From Podarcis vaucheri (Eukaryota), in NCBI GenBank assembly GCA_965113315.1, contig OZ220365.1: 64,000 nt of DNA; one strand, written 5' to 3'. Of this stretch, positions 48,288 through 61,032 are shown in pieces. Below the pieces are notes generated by a model. That model did no database searches. It had not been told where the DNA came from and worked only from the letters and a program-made list of their open reading frames with translations. The position numbers and the translations under genes are program-made. The first letter of the stretch is position 1. Every line of letters begins with the position of its first letter.

Positions 48288-48446
48288 GGTGGAATCTACT
48301 CACATATTAAAAACATTCTGAAAATGCTTTTTTTAAAGCGTTTTTTAAAAATATGCTGAATTTTCCATTAGGCTCACCATCGCCATCTATTGTCACATTG
48401 TATATTGCACTTAAAACGTTTTATTTGCAGCTGTATAGATGAGTCC
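48288..48446. mobile_element. PIF/Harbinger-like MITE
   Basis: TAA flanks on both sides; degenerate TIRs GGTGGAATCTAC and ATAGATGAGTCC. Confidence 0.5.
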
Positions 48447-51400
48447 TAAGATTCTGTATGAGTAAATGAAGCTTTCTCATTATGGAGTCAGACCAGTGGT
48501 CTAACTTGGCACTTACACCGACTGGCAATGGCTCTCTAGATTTCAGACTAGTATTGAACCTAGCATTTTCTGCAAGCAAATCATGCAGTCTATCACTCCG
48601 ATTACATTAAAAACAAACCACAACCCCTATTCACTCGGTTAACAGAAAGGTAGCTGATATATAGCTAAATGTTATGGGTATTGGGGTGTGACAAATAGTC
48701 CTTTGTCTCACAGCCTATCAATTTAGAATGTCTCATAATGCATAATGATTTCAGAAGAGTCCATGTTTGCAGTGAAACATCAGTGCACCTTCTTACAACT
48801 TCTACACTACACTGCTGCCTGTGCCTCTTTCTGCTCAAGCAAATCCCAGATGTACCTGGAGCTTAGGAACTGTAGGTGGATCAAAGCAGTCCAAGCATCT
48901 CTGGGTCAGGAGTTTCATACCTATGTTGTCTGGCAATTCTGTCTGTCCACTGGACTATCCTGGCTTTCATATATGCCTGGGGTTTCTTAGGGTTTAGCTA
49001 TCTGTACTGACACTGAAGGGAGTTATTTCAGTGCAATGAACAGAAACAGAAAATATTTGATGGTACACTATTGGATTAATTAACAGAAACTGCACTACAT
49101 CTGGAAAGTTACTGGAACTCAGAGAATGTTTTTAAAAGGCGATTAAGGTCTGTTAAGAGCAAGATCATCTTACTGCAACCGTTTTAGAAGTCAGAACATA
49201 TTAAGAAAACAAAACAATTGCAGACATTTCTTTGCAGACAATTTCTAAAGGTGACTGCAGCGTCTTTTGATTGCTGTGAACCCTGGATGACACTTTTGTA
49301 TTTAATTCAGAAGATTATCAGCAGGAAGTTCTTTTTCCTTCACTAAGCCATGTAGCACACTCGTGGGATATCTGTTGCCTAAATGTCCTACCTAATCTAT
49401 CTTAAATCTGCTTTTGCGGCTATGATAATTAGTAGCTGCTAAATTCCACATAAATAATGTGTTTTATTCTGTAACACTATAGGAAGTTACCTCATACCAA
49501 GTCAGACCACTGGTCCATCTAGCTCATTACGGTCTACACTGACTGGCAGTGACTCGCCAAAGTTTCAGGCAGGAGTCCCTCCCTCCCTGAGGATTGAAGG
49601 AGGGACCTTTTGTATGCAAAACAGGTGCTCTACCACTTAGCTACAGTCCTTCCAATTATGAATTTTATTTTATCTGATGCTACACTGCCAGCTCAAATAG
49701 TCATCATAATACTGTAATTACCGTCAGACAACTTCTTTTGTCTTTACAAAACAGGTACCACCACCACTGGGTGAAAGCCCACATTCCCTCTTGGGTAATT
49801 TGTTCAGAGCTACATGCTAGTGCTGGAGAGGGCCAGAACCAAAAGTGCATGAGCTAGAACCTCCCACAAAATTTCTTTCAAAATCATCACCATCCCTCAT
49901 TCTTTTTCTCAAGATCACCACCATCACTCCTTCTCCTAAGATCATATCCACCCTTCCCACAAGGATTGGATCACACTGCCATCTCATGCTCCAGCCTGGC
50001 TGCATTGATACCATCACTGAACAGCAGCAGCCAGTCCACACAAACTTGGGAGACTTTCAAGATTGCTTTCTAGATCAGAAAACATGATTACAGGTAAACT
50101 TGAGAGCAGAAATCAAGCCCTACTTTGCCCTCATCTACTCTTCCCCTCACAGTGTTTCCTTCTCTGCCAGAAAACACTAGGAGAAAAATCTAAAATTGCA
50201 AAGCACCTAGGTCTCCTACAGAGTATGCTCACTTCATTCTCTTTAGCATTATTTGGAGCATGGATTTCCCTCTGACCCAGGTGTGTGTGTGTGTGTATGT
50301 ATGTATGTGTGAAGTTTCAGGAACCACCACTATGAGGTACTCAGCTTGCTTCCCCATCTCTGGCTCTTCTATATCAAAAGATTGTTGAGGATGCTTCAGG
50401 AGCCGTTACTTCAAGGCTGCCGGTGAAGCACACTTTTTCCACTGGTAACCAGTGGGTGGGGGGCAATGAGTAGGCATAGGATGGAAGGGAATGTGAGTGG
50501 GCTGTATCTGGCCAGAAGCCAGTAGATCTAAATTTAAATAAAGAACCTCTGTTATATTTATAACTTTATGACTTTGGATATAGAACCCCTAAAGGATACT
50601 GATTTTTAAACACATATTTGGACAGTAACATTCATTAAAGAGTGGTACATAGCATGAACAGAAATTTCAGGAAAAGAAAGAAAGAAAGAATAAAAAAAAA
50701 TCCTTAATTGAGTTTGCCTTTTAAAGGCATAACTTCACTGTTGTTAGATCTATAGCCCAGTAGCATACTATACATTTATTAGTTTGAGTTGTTATTTGTA
50801 TAGTAAACATTATTTCAGCAGTGGTGCTTTTTGTAACATAATTCTCACAATGAGAGTTATTATTCTATCATATCATTTTGTTTGTGATCTTTGATGTGTT
50901 TTTTATATCAAGTAAACAAAAGATGCTTCACTAGAATACCTGCATCTTGCCTGGTACTTAGGGAAAGTATATTAATGTTTACTTGGTTTACATGTTATAA
51001 TTACACAGTATCTCAAAGAGTAATTAAAATAGCATGTGTCCCTTTGATTTTTTTTCATTCAAAATGAACTCAAAGATATGAAATGTAACAATATAAAGAG
51101 AGGTGGCAGAAAACCTCAAAAATTCTAGAGATTATAGGCCTGTTCACCCTTAACGCTAAGTCAAATCCTGGCTAAGCATGAACGAGCAAGCATGTGGGCT
51201 CTCACAGCAAAAATTGTGGCGGCTTTACTTTCCCTTGATCCTGCTGCTACTGCCCTAAGCCATGGTTTAGCTAAGCATTACGTACATCTAAATCTGGGTT
51301 TGTATCAATATCTATTGCCCAATGTATTAGTGAAGATTTTACTTGCTCATCCTTTGTCTCCTAATCCAATAATATCTTATACATTTTAGACAGCACTTTA

Positions 51401-52520
51401 ACATTACATTCCAACAGATCTCTCTCCAATTGTGATATTTGTTTCCCAAACCCTCGTTTCATATCTTTCTTAAATACTTCATTCAAATGGTTTTAGTTTG
51501 TTTTAAACTGATTTGTTTTTGTTCTTGCCACCTGTCCCAGATTTAATTAAGTTTAAACTACTATTTAATTAATCTAATACTGAGATGCACAGACTCTGAA
51601 CATTTATAGTAGTTTTGTTGATACTTATTGTTTATTATTGATATTTTGGGAACTAATGGGTCAATAATCTATTTACACAGAGGTGTAAAGAGGGCTGGGT
51701 TCACCCCTTGAAACATGCGTCCCCCTCCATCTACTGAGTTGCCTGTGATGGCACCTGCAGCAGACTTTAAAAAACAACAACATGAACTGCAAATAACAGC
51801 AAGAGCAAAGGATTGCCAGGAAGATGGCTGCAAAGTGCTCAGGCACCAAGAAGGGGTGCTCTTTCCTGAGTGGTTTGCAATCATCACCAGGACTCGGAAA
51901 ACATTGTAGCAGATCTGAATGCTCCTTTCCATTTTCTAAACGCAGTAAGCACATCATCTTATTTAAGACAGCCTTCTGTTAGCACGATAAATAGGAACAT
52001 GGTATACCTTTACCAAGAGATAAAACTCTGTAATGATTTTGATCAAAAATAGGAACAAAATCTTGTAGGCAGCAGTTCAAAATCTTGGCGGCAGCAGTTC
52101 CTGACCTCTTTTGGGATGAAGGGTAGGCATAAATCCAATGAAATAAATATTTGCACGACTTCTGGTACATGGCTAAAACCTGTCTTTCAAGGTCATCGTC
52201 AAAGGTTCTGGTAGTGTGTTCAAGAGGTTTTAAATTAATCTATGGCTGTGGACTATTTAAAATGGCTTTCGTATTGTTGTATTATATGCTTCTTTTTTCT
52301 GAAAATAATTAATTCATAGAAGTACCCTATCATACCCAATATGCACAGACCCCTACTAAATAGGGTTAAGTTTTAATACCCTACAAGTTTTTAGTAGGAA
52401 TATTGTCCTATGTAAACTTATAGTTTCTACTTGTGCCCCATATTGGACAACATATTTAAATTAGCCATAAACCAAACTCCTCAAAATGTTCAGTCCAAAT
52501 ACACTGAGAACGTAACATAC

Positions 52521-52642
52521 CATTGACACATTCAAAGACATCACAGCACTTGCCAGGTGTTCCGTCTCCACGTGACACTATTTGGGGGATGTAGCCTGCC
52601 TCGCATTTTGGAACACCACATAAACCAGAGAGACATTCGCAC
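52521..52642 (-). CDS. CRIM1: CRIM1 exon 5 (contains RGD)
   Basis: tttcag|G TGC; translates RCECLSGLCGVPKCEAGYIPQIVSRGDGTPGKCCDVFECVN; donor GTATGT; 122 nt, phase 2 to 1. Confidence 0.97.
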
Positions 52643-55600
52643 CTGAAACCGAAGCATTGAAAGCTCCATAAATAAGTGAGGCAACATATGAGGGAGGGAA
52701 AGCACAAACATGGGGGGAAACAGCTGGTGATAGCAAGTTGGTTTTCTGCTGTTACATAATAAAAGACAACATGACTATTTAAAACACAACACAGTAAACA
52801 AGATTTAACACTTGTTCCAATGGACAATGCTTGGCTTTGATCAGAAGACTGGTGTTCCAAATCTTACATACATCCCAAGCAGAGGTAGGTCTGTTGAAAA
52901 GCCACTAATTCCTTAGTTCTTGATCATAAAAACCATATATCTCACAGGGTTTTTGGGAGAATCATCAAAATAATAACGAAGGAGCATTCTATGCTACGAA
53001 ACTGCTTAAATATTGCTGCTGTACTATACAGTACTAACACTATCTCTTAACTCTGTGATGTGATATTTAATTTGAAATGGCATGGAAATGTAACATAAGG
53101 TGACATGAGTAATTAGGATCTGTATAAATATTTCAGAAGCCCAAGGACAGTGTCGCAAACTCAACCATCAACATTTAAAGTTTACTTACACAAGTCATTT
53201 CAGCCTCATTCATGGAAAGTGAACAACATCCCACCCCAGACATTTTCTGGTCATTGGCTTTTCAAACACATATGGTTAATAAACCATATTAATAAACTGT
53301 CCAAACAATCCAAAATTCTAATCTACCTACAATGAGTACTTAGGAGGTTTCTGAGATACACAAAAGATACTCCTCTTTAAAGAGGAGATGGCACTGAAGA
53401 CATCTGCAAATTATTTTTTAAATCATGAATGCTAATCCCTGAAATATCCATCCAGAGAAGAGTTGAAGTGAGAAAAGAAGAATATAGAATCATCCTTTAA
53501 GAACAAAACATCATATACTTATATATTAGATAAGGGTAACCAATGTGGGGCCCTCCCCCCATCCCTGATCACTATCTTTGCTGGTTGGGGCTGATGGGAG
53601 CTGAAGCCTAACAACATCTGAAGGGTACCATATTAAGTACGCACATACTGAAAATTACTGAAAATATATGTGGGGTAGAGGGGGACTGTTTGAAAAATGT
53701 CAGCACAGGGGAAGAGAATTTAACTATGGCAGCAGATTCCCCCCTCCCCCATTTAGTAGTAAAACACTAAATCACCTAAATCAATCAGTATTACCTCCAA
53801 TAAGACAGGGGCTTTTAACTGCTTGGGCAACTCCCAAGCAATGCAGAAAAACTAGTTTGTGTGCATCCCTGACACTCAGCGTCCCAACTTACCCCTGTAT
53901 ACTATATTCTTATTAGGGTCCTGACCAATTCAGGGTCAGAAGAAAGGTGCTTGCTCTATTCCTATAATATATAACCCCCTCTCCCAAACAGTTTAAAGTA
54001 TCTTGTACTGAGATTAAGATAGGGTTGAGAAATCTGTGCCATGAGACCCAAACTCTTCCCACACAGCATAGGATGGTATCTCTAACCACACTGTCGTGTT
54101 TAAGATTATTATTTGCATTTGCTAGTTGCTTTATACAAGAGAAATATCTCATAGAGAGTTTATTTTTATTTATAAAAATATGTATATAAAGCAGCAACTG
54201 TTTTTCACAGAAATTCCATTCCTTGCCCATGTGCACATTGGTGGAGTGTCCATAAGCCCGCTCCACCCTGTTCTGTCCTCTTCTGGGTCGAAAAGGACCT
54301 ATGCTTTGGCAGCCACACATCAACTGAACGCGCACAAAATGGTCACTGCCTGTATTGCTATATCATAAAAAATATCAGAATGGTTTACAATAGAAACTTT
54401 TGAAAATCCCTCACTGGTTTTTGAGCAGTCACAAAGACTACAAATCCCCAATAGTTTTGAGGCAAACAATGGTCACCCATCCCTTCATATAGTCTCTCTC
54501 ACAATATGCTCATAATGAACAAAATTAGCACTTTTTTTTTTAAAAAAAGAGAGATTAGTTAGTTATGTCAAAAGTGGGGAGGGTGGCAAATCAGATTTCA
54601 TTACTCAGTGTTGTATTAACTGGAATGTTTACTGCTTTATTTGTTCTATGTTTTTATTGGTTGCTAATCAACAAGGGTGAATCTGTATTTGGGCTTAGAA
54701 GATCAAATCACTAAGTATACAGGAACATTCAACAGAATAACATTTTGTATTTATTATTAACTTACAAAACACGTGAAAATATTATTTATGAATTTCTTAC
54801 ATTTCTGCCCCACCTTCATGGCTATTATTATTACAGTCCCCTATTCAGGAAATGAGCAGATCTAGAATTGCTTAGCTTCAGCAAGGTGTTGGTCTTCTAT
54901 GCCTTCAGACCATAATATAGTTAGATTTAAGAAAATAAAAAATTTGAAAAGCTCTCCACAAGTCCTGTGAGTAATTTTGAATTCTTTCAGTGCCAGCTTT
55001 TGTCAGGCCAATGGGTAATAAGATGTGTGACCTCTGTAGCACAGTGGAGCTATTTTGATGAGATTAAACTAATTAGTATATTGTGTTTTTATTCATTTTT
55101 GGGTGTGTTTTAAATCTTGTTATCTGACCTGAGATCTTTTGATGAAGGCTGGAATTCAATTGCGAAAATAAATAAATTGAACCACATCTAACTTGTTAAG
55201 TGTAATCAAATCTAATATTTTTTTATCAAAATAAGTCAAGAACAAAAGCACCAAGTGATCTACAAGATGTAACTTAAATCTACATGGGACAGACAAATAG
55301 ATTAGCAGGGGCAGAATAAGGATTTTTTAAATGTTGTCTCCCCTTTCTATGGAAAGAATGTTTCCCCTTATCTGCCACTTACAGCATCTAAGGAATACTG
55401 AAGAGCAGAGTGTACTCTCTCTTCCCACGGCCATTTGAGAGAAGGATGGGAGCAACAAGCCTGGAACCTACCCTGGCAGACTACTTGAAATCAAGCAGTC
55501 ACTGAGGTGCAATGTCACCAAAACGGCTCACCCCTTTTTGGCGAGAGTAGGGCTGGGATGTGTAACCATGGGTAAATCATCTCACCAAGCCTAGCACACA

Positions 55601-57497
55601 GAAGAAATAAAACGAACAACAACTGTTCTTAATAATTGTCAGAAGGATTTTTGTTAGCAGGATGGAAGAATCCTTTAGGCCTGATTATTGTGACTATACA
55701 GATACTGTAATGATAGAGGAATTGTTTTGCGGTGTTTTTGCTTTTTCAGCATAAATCTAACACTACTACTAATTACTTAGCTGGTTAGCTAGGACTATAC
55801 AGAAAAGGAAGGATAAAATGAATATATATACTAAGAAGAAATGGAAGCACAATGTATAAGACTCTGGACGTTGAGTACTAATAATTTTCTCCTCTGTTTT
55901 CATAAATGGCTAGGAAGCAAGAGTGATTATTAAAGAAGCTAAAAACTTCTATCAGCAATCATTATTATATGCTTAACACACAGCTCACTTAAGAATTGTG
56001 AACCTAACAAAAAGAAGCAGTAGAGAAGTGAATGTGATAATCAAAACAAGTAAGCGCAGATTAAAGAGTGGAATAAACTTACAGAAATGCAACGAGGAAG
56101 AAGATTAAAATAACCACTTAAGTCAGCTGACATAAAATGCAACATTTTCTATGCATCAGTTTGGGATATGGATAAGCATGCATTTTGTACTAGGATTTCT
56201 GAATGCATTACCATCAGTAGTTAACAAAAAACTGTTACTTATAGTTATAAGAATGAAAGTAATTACTCTGGATTAAGGAGTATATGAAATTCTACTGCAA
56301 CATGAAAACTGTGAGACAGCTTTAAAACTATTTCAGAGAACAAATTTCCTGTCCTGCTGTCACTCTTTCCACAACTAAATGATTATACTGTTTGAAATCA
56401 AGATACGTAAGAATGTTTAAGAACAAGACAGCAATCAATGTTAGATATCTAGTGAAATGGTATGGACTTTTGCAGTCCCGGTGTCACTAGTTCCTAAATG
56501 CTACATAGCAGAATAATTTTTAAACTCATTTACTGTTATATTTTGTGCTGTTTTTAGACTCTTTTATCTTGCCACATCAGGTAATTTCTTGGACCAGAGA
56601 ATTATCTACAGTGGGATTAGATTCCAGATCTTCAGCACATGATGGTTCTTTGTTGCTGAACACATGACAGGAATGGTAGTATTTGGATAGGATATGTGGA
56701 ACCTTTGGGGAGCAGTTGTTGGGACACTCTCAGGATCTGCTTCATCTTACAATATCAAGTTAGAGAATCCAGAAATGCCCTATAGTTCATATATACCACG
56801 TTACTGTAGTCAAGACTTGAGGTTAGGTCATAAATTATTGTTGCAAGATTGAATCTGAAAAAATGTACAGCTTCTTACCAGGAGGCGTTTATTGGTACCA
56901 TCATATCCCAAGATTCAGGGTCATCCTCTATGCACCCAAGTTTAATCTTATATTTCTATATAACCAAATACATTAAGAAAAAGCTACATGACATTAAGTT
57001 CTCTCCTTGTGTTTTGAAATAAAACTGTAGGACATCTAGTTCTCTCCTTGTGTTGTTCCCATCTATAAAATACGCTATTTCTGTACAGCCTTTCTAAATA
57101 AGTTACTAAGTTAAGGCTAATAAAAACATGAGAACTGCAAGCTAAAATTACTCCTATTTTATTTTTACATGAATGAGAAACACGTCAATTCCCCCCTAAG
57201 GATTTTAGTTAAAGAAAAGATTTAGTCACTAATTCTTCTCATATATCTTATTTCAGAAGTCAAAGCAGTTACTAATTCCATTTTAGTCATGAACACTTTC
57301 ACACAGCAATTGCTCAACATATACCTCCCAAATCTTCAATAGGAATTCAACTGAGAAAAAGCTGTTATGCAAAATCATCTAGAGCAACAGTGATGCTCAG
57401 AACTCCTTTGCTACTTGTATCACAACTGCTTTGAGTTCTTAAGTAGAAACCTTAAACGCAGTGACTGTTAAAGTCTTGTATCAAATGTATAACAAAC

Positions 57498-57618
57498 CTG
57501 GTAGGGAGAGTACAACATCCATCGGCTGTCAGCCTGACTTGAGTTTCATAGCTATCCAAGGGGCAAGCAACTTGCTGGACAGGAGGACATTCTACTGTGC
57601 TACAGTCTATGCTGAACA
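57498..57618 (-). CDS. CRIM1: CRIM1 exon 4
   Basis: ccaacag|TG TTC; translates VFSIDCSTVECPPVQQVACPLDSYETQVRLTADGCCTLPT(R); donor GTTTGT; 121 nt, phase 1 to 2. Not in ORF track. Confidence 0.96.
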
Positions 57619-57704
57619 CTGTTGGAAGAAAAATATATTTAAAAATTGATTAGAACTCGTATTGCTTTAGAAAAAATGACAATAAAGAGTCCAATTATTT
57701 CACA

Positions 57705-58105
57705 GGGTACCTGAAAGAGTGTCTCCTTCCACTTATATATGCCCAGAATAAATAAAGCAATCCTCTGTGACCCTCTTCCAGGTGCCCTTGCCAAATGAGG
57801 TGAGGCAGACAGCTACTAAACAGAGGGCCTATTCAAAGATGGCATCTTAAGTTACAGAACACCCTCCACAAAGATGCTCACCTGGCACCTACACTTAAGT
57901 CCTTTTGTCACCAGGTGAATACATTATCATTTTCTCAGGCTTTTTAGAAGTGTTTTAGTATTTCTTAGATATTTTACACTACTGCTATTCATTAGATTTC
58001 ATATATAGTTCTATCTTGTGGTTTTAATGTTCACTGTAAACTACCCAAAGAACTTTGGTTATTGGGCAGTGTACAAGGAATAAATAGATAGATAGATAGA
58101 ATAAT
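57705..58105 (+). mobile_element. L2 LINE 3' end, decayed
   Basis: GYLKECLLP-like ORF2 end, T-rich 3' UTR, terminal stem, and (TAGA)n/AATA tail. Confidence 0.6.
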
Positions 58106-59628
58106 ATGGTACAAAGGTCACTAAACGCCAACCATAATACTTCAACACCAGCTTCTGGATGATTGCAAATGCAGACAAGGACATATGCCAACCAACAGTC
58201 CCCAAACCTAAATTCTCAAAGGTTTAATTCACAGCACCTTCACATAACAAGTAGGTGGAGAGGGTAATTATGCCTGCTTCCATGCATTAATATAACATGT
58301 AAGTCTGATATTTGCATATTAACTCCAAAGCAAGTACAACTGATATGTGCAATCTTTAAACCCCATTTTCTGGAATACATGCATTGGAATTAAGAAGAGA
58401 GTGTATGTTGCTTTTATATAATATGCCAAAACATCGAGGCAAGACATGCTCAGAGGTGGAGTAGCTCCAAACCATTCTGGCCAAAAATGGTGACCATAAA
58501 TTTTATCCTGGCGACAGAGGCATTATAACATTAATTTTATTATTTCAAAATGGAATGCTGTTAAGTGATTTTCCAACCAGCAGTATACAATTTATAAAAG
58601 GCAGCTCAGTTGCCAGAAGACTTGGGAGCAGCCATTTCTGGCACAGTAGGCTAGGTGCTTTGCAGAGGCTGCACTGGCATTGCAGAACTTACTAGTTCTC
58701 CCTCATGATGGATAGGTATCCAATCCACTTTTAGTCAGCAGCCAGCCATCACACCCACTGGCTGTTCCAAGTGAAACACAACCAATGCAGCCAGCATGCC
58801 GTGTTCATTTGCGACAGCTGAATTAGTGACAGCAGCAGTGTAGAAAGCAAAGGGACAGGACAGAATTTCAGTGATCCACAATGGTAAATTTCCATTTTTT
58901 GTGTGTGCATAGCAGAGAGGTGGGCTGTCTGTGTCATATCCTTTATCAATGAAGGAGGTTGTGCTGTGTTTTCCAGGATGTGTTTTGGTATTGCAATCAC
59001 CATCTAGACAGATTTAGTTCCTTTGAAGTCAGCTGGATTTGCCCTTGAGGAGACTTGATTTCAATCAGTCTTGGAATGCTCCTTATTTCTATGAGTAAAC
59101 AACCAATGAAAGGGAAGGTGCAGGATGGTCTATCTCTACATCTTGCACTCTAAACGGTCAACTTGATCTCTGTGCTTTCAATCACTAGAGGAGATGCTAT
59201 TCTGTCAGACAAAAGAAACCACAGATCATAATATAGTTATAGTCTAGCTTTTATTATGCACTGCTTTCCACCAAATGGTTTTATCATCATCTGTGAGCAC
59301 TAACTGCCACTGGACTGAAAGCTTGCATATGATTATCAAACAATTACATTACCTAGCTTGATAACACAAGGAGTCAGGGAAATCAGTTTTGTAGCACCTG
59401 CCTCACATTTCTTTGCATATATGTTATTCCACCAGTGTTCCTGTTTTGAATAGCTTATAAGATAGGAAAGAGTTTGGCCGGAGTGAAATTTTCTCTGAGA
59501 GTGCAGTGATAGAGACAGTGACAGGAAAAGAGACACATGAAGGAGTTCATTTTTGATGGTCAGCTCTAGGTTAATATGCATAAACACTAAGGTAATTGGG
59601 CTGGGGAGGGGGTAAAGGTACACATTAC

Positions 59629-59871
59629 CTGGTTTACATTCATAGAAGTCACAGCATTCCCCCGGCTTGCCTGATGCTTTAGAAACCAATATATTCAAAT
59701 AGCCTGGTTGGCAAACTTTCCTCAAGCACCCTGTAGGGTTGCACACGCAGCGGCTAGGTAGAGGGCAGCATTCACCAGGTGGCGCATACCCTTCAATCAA
59801 AATAGAATCTTCTGGACAGCGAGGAGAAAACTGTACTTCACAACGGGCCTTGGAGCAGTCAGGCTTTTCTT
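59629..59871 (-). CDS. CRIM1: CRIM1 exon 3 (cysteine-rich motor neuron 1); exons 1-2 are outside the window
   Basis: tttcag|AA GAA AAG; translates EEKPDCSKARCEVQFSPRCPEDS...GECCDFYECKP; donor GTAATG; 243 nt, phase 1 to 1. Confidence 0.97.
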
Positions 59872-60139
59872 CTGAAAACAAGACAGTGTGTGGATGTCAG
59901 TAATATGTTGTCCTGTTAATTTAAAGCTTTGGACATTCATACCATACAGAAGAGGTATCGCTAGAAACTGTGTTGATGGAGCTATGTCCATTCCCCCAAA
60001 AGGGATGTCAGCTGTTTTTGCCAAAATCTGCCATTGCAGGTAGCAGAAAGATGGACAAAGAGGCCCATAACACCTTAAAGCAGAGCTTTACAAACTTTTC
60101 ATGTTGGTGACACACTTTTTAGACATACATTTCACAACA

Positions 60140-60296
60140 CAGATGGGTAGCCGTGTTGGTCTGCCATAGTCAAAATAAAAAAATTCCTTCCTGTTGCACC
60201 TTAAAGACCAACTAAGTTAGTTCTTGGTATAAGCTTTCGTGTGCATGCACACTTCTTCAGATACACAGATACACTTCTTCAGATACACAGATACAC
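60140..60296 (-). mobile_element. Penelope-like element terminal fragment
   Basis: Minus strand CTGAAGAAGTGTGCATGCACACGAAAGCTTATAC...TTAGTTGGTCTTTAAGGTGC...GACCAACACGGCTACC, the characteristic vertebrate PLE terminal sequence (recognised from memory). Confidence 0.8.
60227..60264 (-). ncRNA. Minimal type I hammerhead ribozyme motif
   Basis: Stem I GUAU/AUAC, core CUGAAGA, stem II GUGUGC-AU-GCACAC, GAAA, palindromic AGCU as stem III, UH = UU. Predicted cleavage between 60231 and 60230. Confidence 0.75.
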
Positions 60297-60577
60297 TGTT
60301 TGGAAAGCTCTGCCTTAAAAATTAAATTAAAGAAGAAAGACTTTTACTGCCAAGTACTTGTTTCATCATAGGCATGAAGTACACAGCAGGCACACATTTT
60401 CATCATTCAAGTTTTTTACTCAGGCACACATGTACACACATACACAAACATGCTGGTACAAGTACACTGATTATGGTAGCTTTACAAAGGGGAGCGGGGA
60501 TAATAACCGTCCTGGCAGATTTACCATTCTAAGACATCACTGGTATCAATCACTGAAACCTAGGCATGCCTGAAAAG

Positions 60578-60965
60578 CAGGGGCGGCCCACCCCCTTTTG
60601 CCACCTAAGGCAAAAGCGAAAATATTTTGCTCCCTGCCATACTGCCCACTTCCACTGTTACTGTATTTCCCCCATCTCTCTGAACTTGGAGATGAGCAGC
60701 AGCACTGTGCGCAGGAACACCTGGCTCTTGCTAAACTCCTCCCCCTGGCTCTCACTGAGGCACTCCTCAAAGCATTGTCACTTGTCTTTTCTGCCCCAGA
60801 GATGAGGAAGATGGATGGCAATGCTAGATGCCAGAATGCCTCTCTCACCAGTGAGAAGGGAGAGCTTTGTTACTGGAGGCAGTAGGGCAGATGGGGCACT
60901 GACTCTTGTGCTTCCACCCCTTGAAGCAAGTTGTTTGTCCTCACCCCACTGGTGGGCTGGCTCTG
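60578..60965. mobile_element. hAT (Tip100-like) non-autonomous element
   Basis: TIRs CAGGGGCGGCCCACC and GGTGGGCTGGCTCTG; perfect 8-bp TSD CTGAAAAG. Confidence 0.8.
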
Positions 60966-61032
60966 CTGAAAAGTGATCAAACTGTATATGCCACAATATA
61001 CCATAAATATTAAAATCCTATAGATAACCATT

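Larger units (their letters stand above)
60081..60312. mobile_element. hAT MITE containing a Penelope-like insertion
   Basis: TIRs CAGAGCTTTACAAAC and GTTTGGAAAGCTCTG (14 of 15 match); TSD CCTTAAAG / CCTTAAAA. Confidence 0.8.

Noticed and set aside
53913-54335. 140-aa intronic ORF and similar unassigned 60-140 aa ORFs across the window
   Set aside because: No recognisable domains or splice-consistent structure; lengths expected by chance.
56997-57054. Short direct repeat AGTTCTCTCCTTGTGTT (two copies)
   Set aside because: Consistent with a small local duplication; no further structure.
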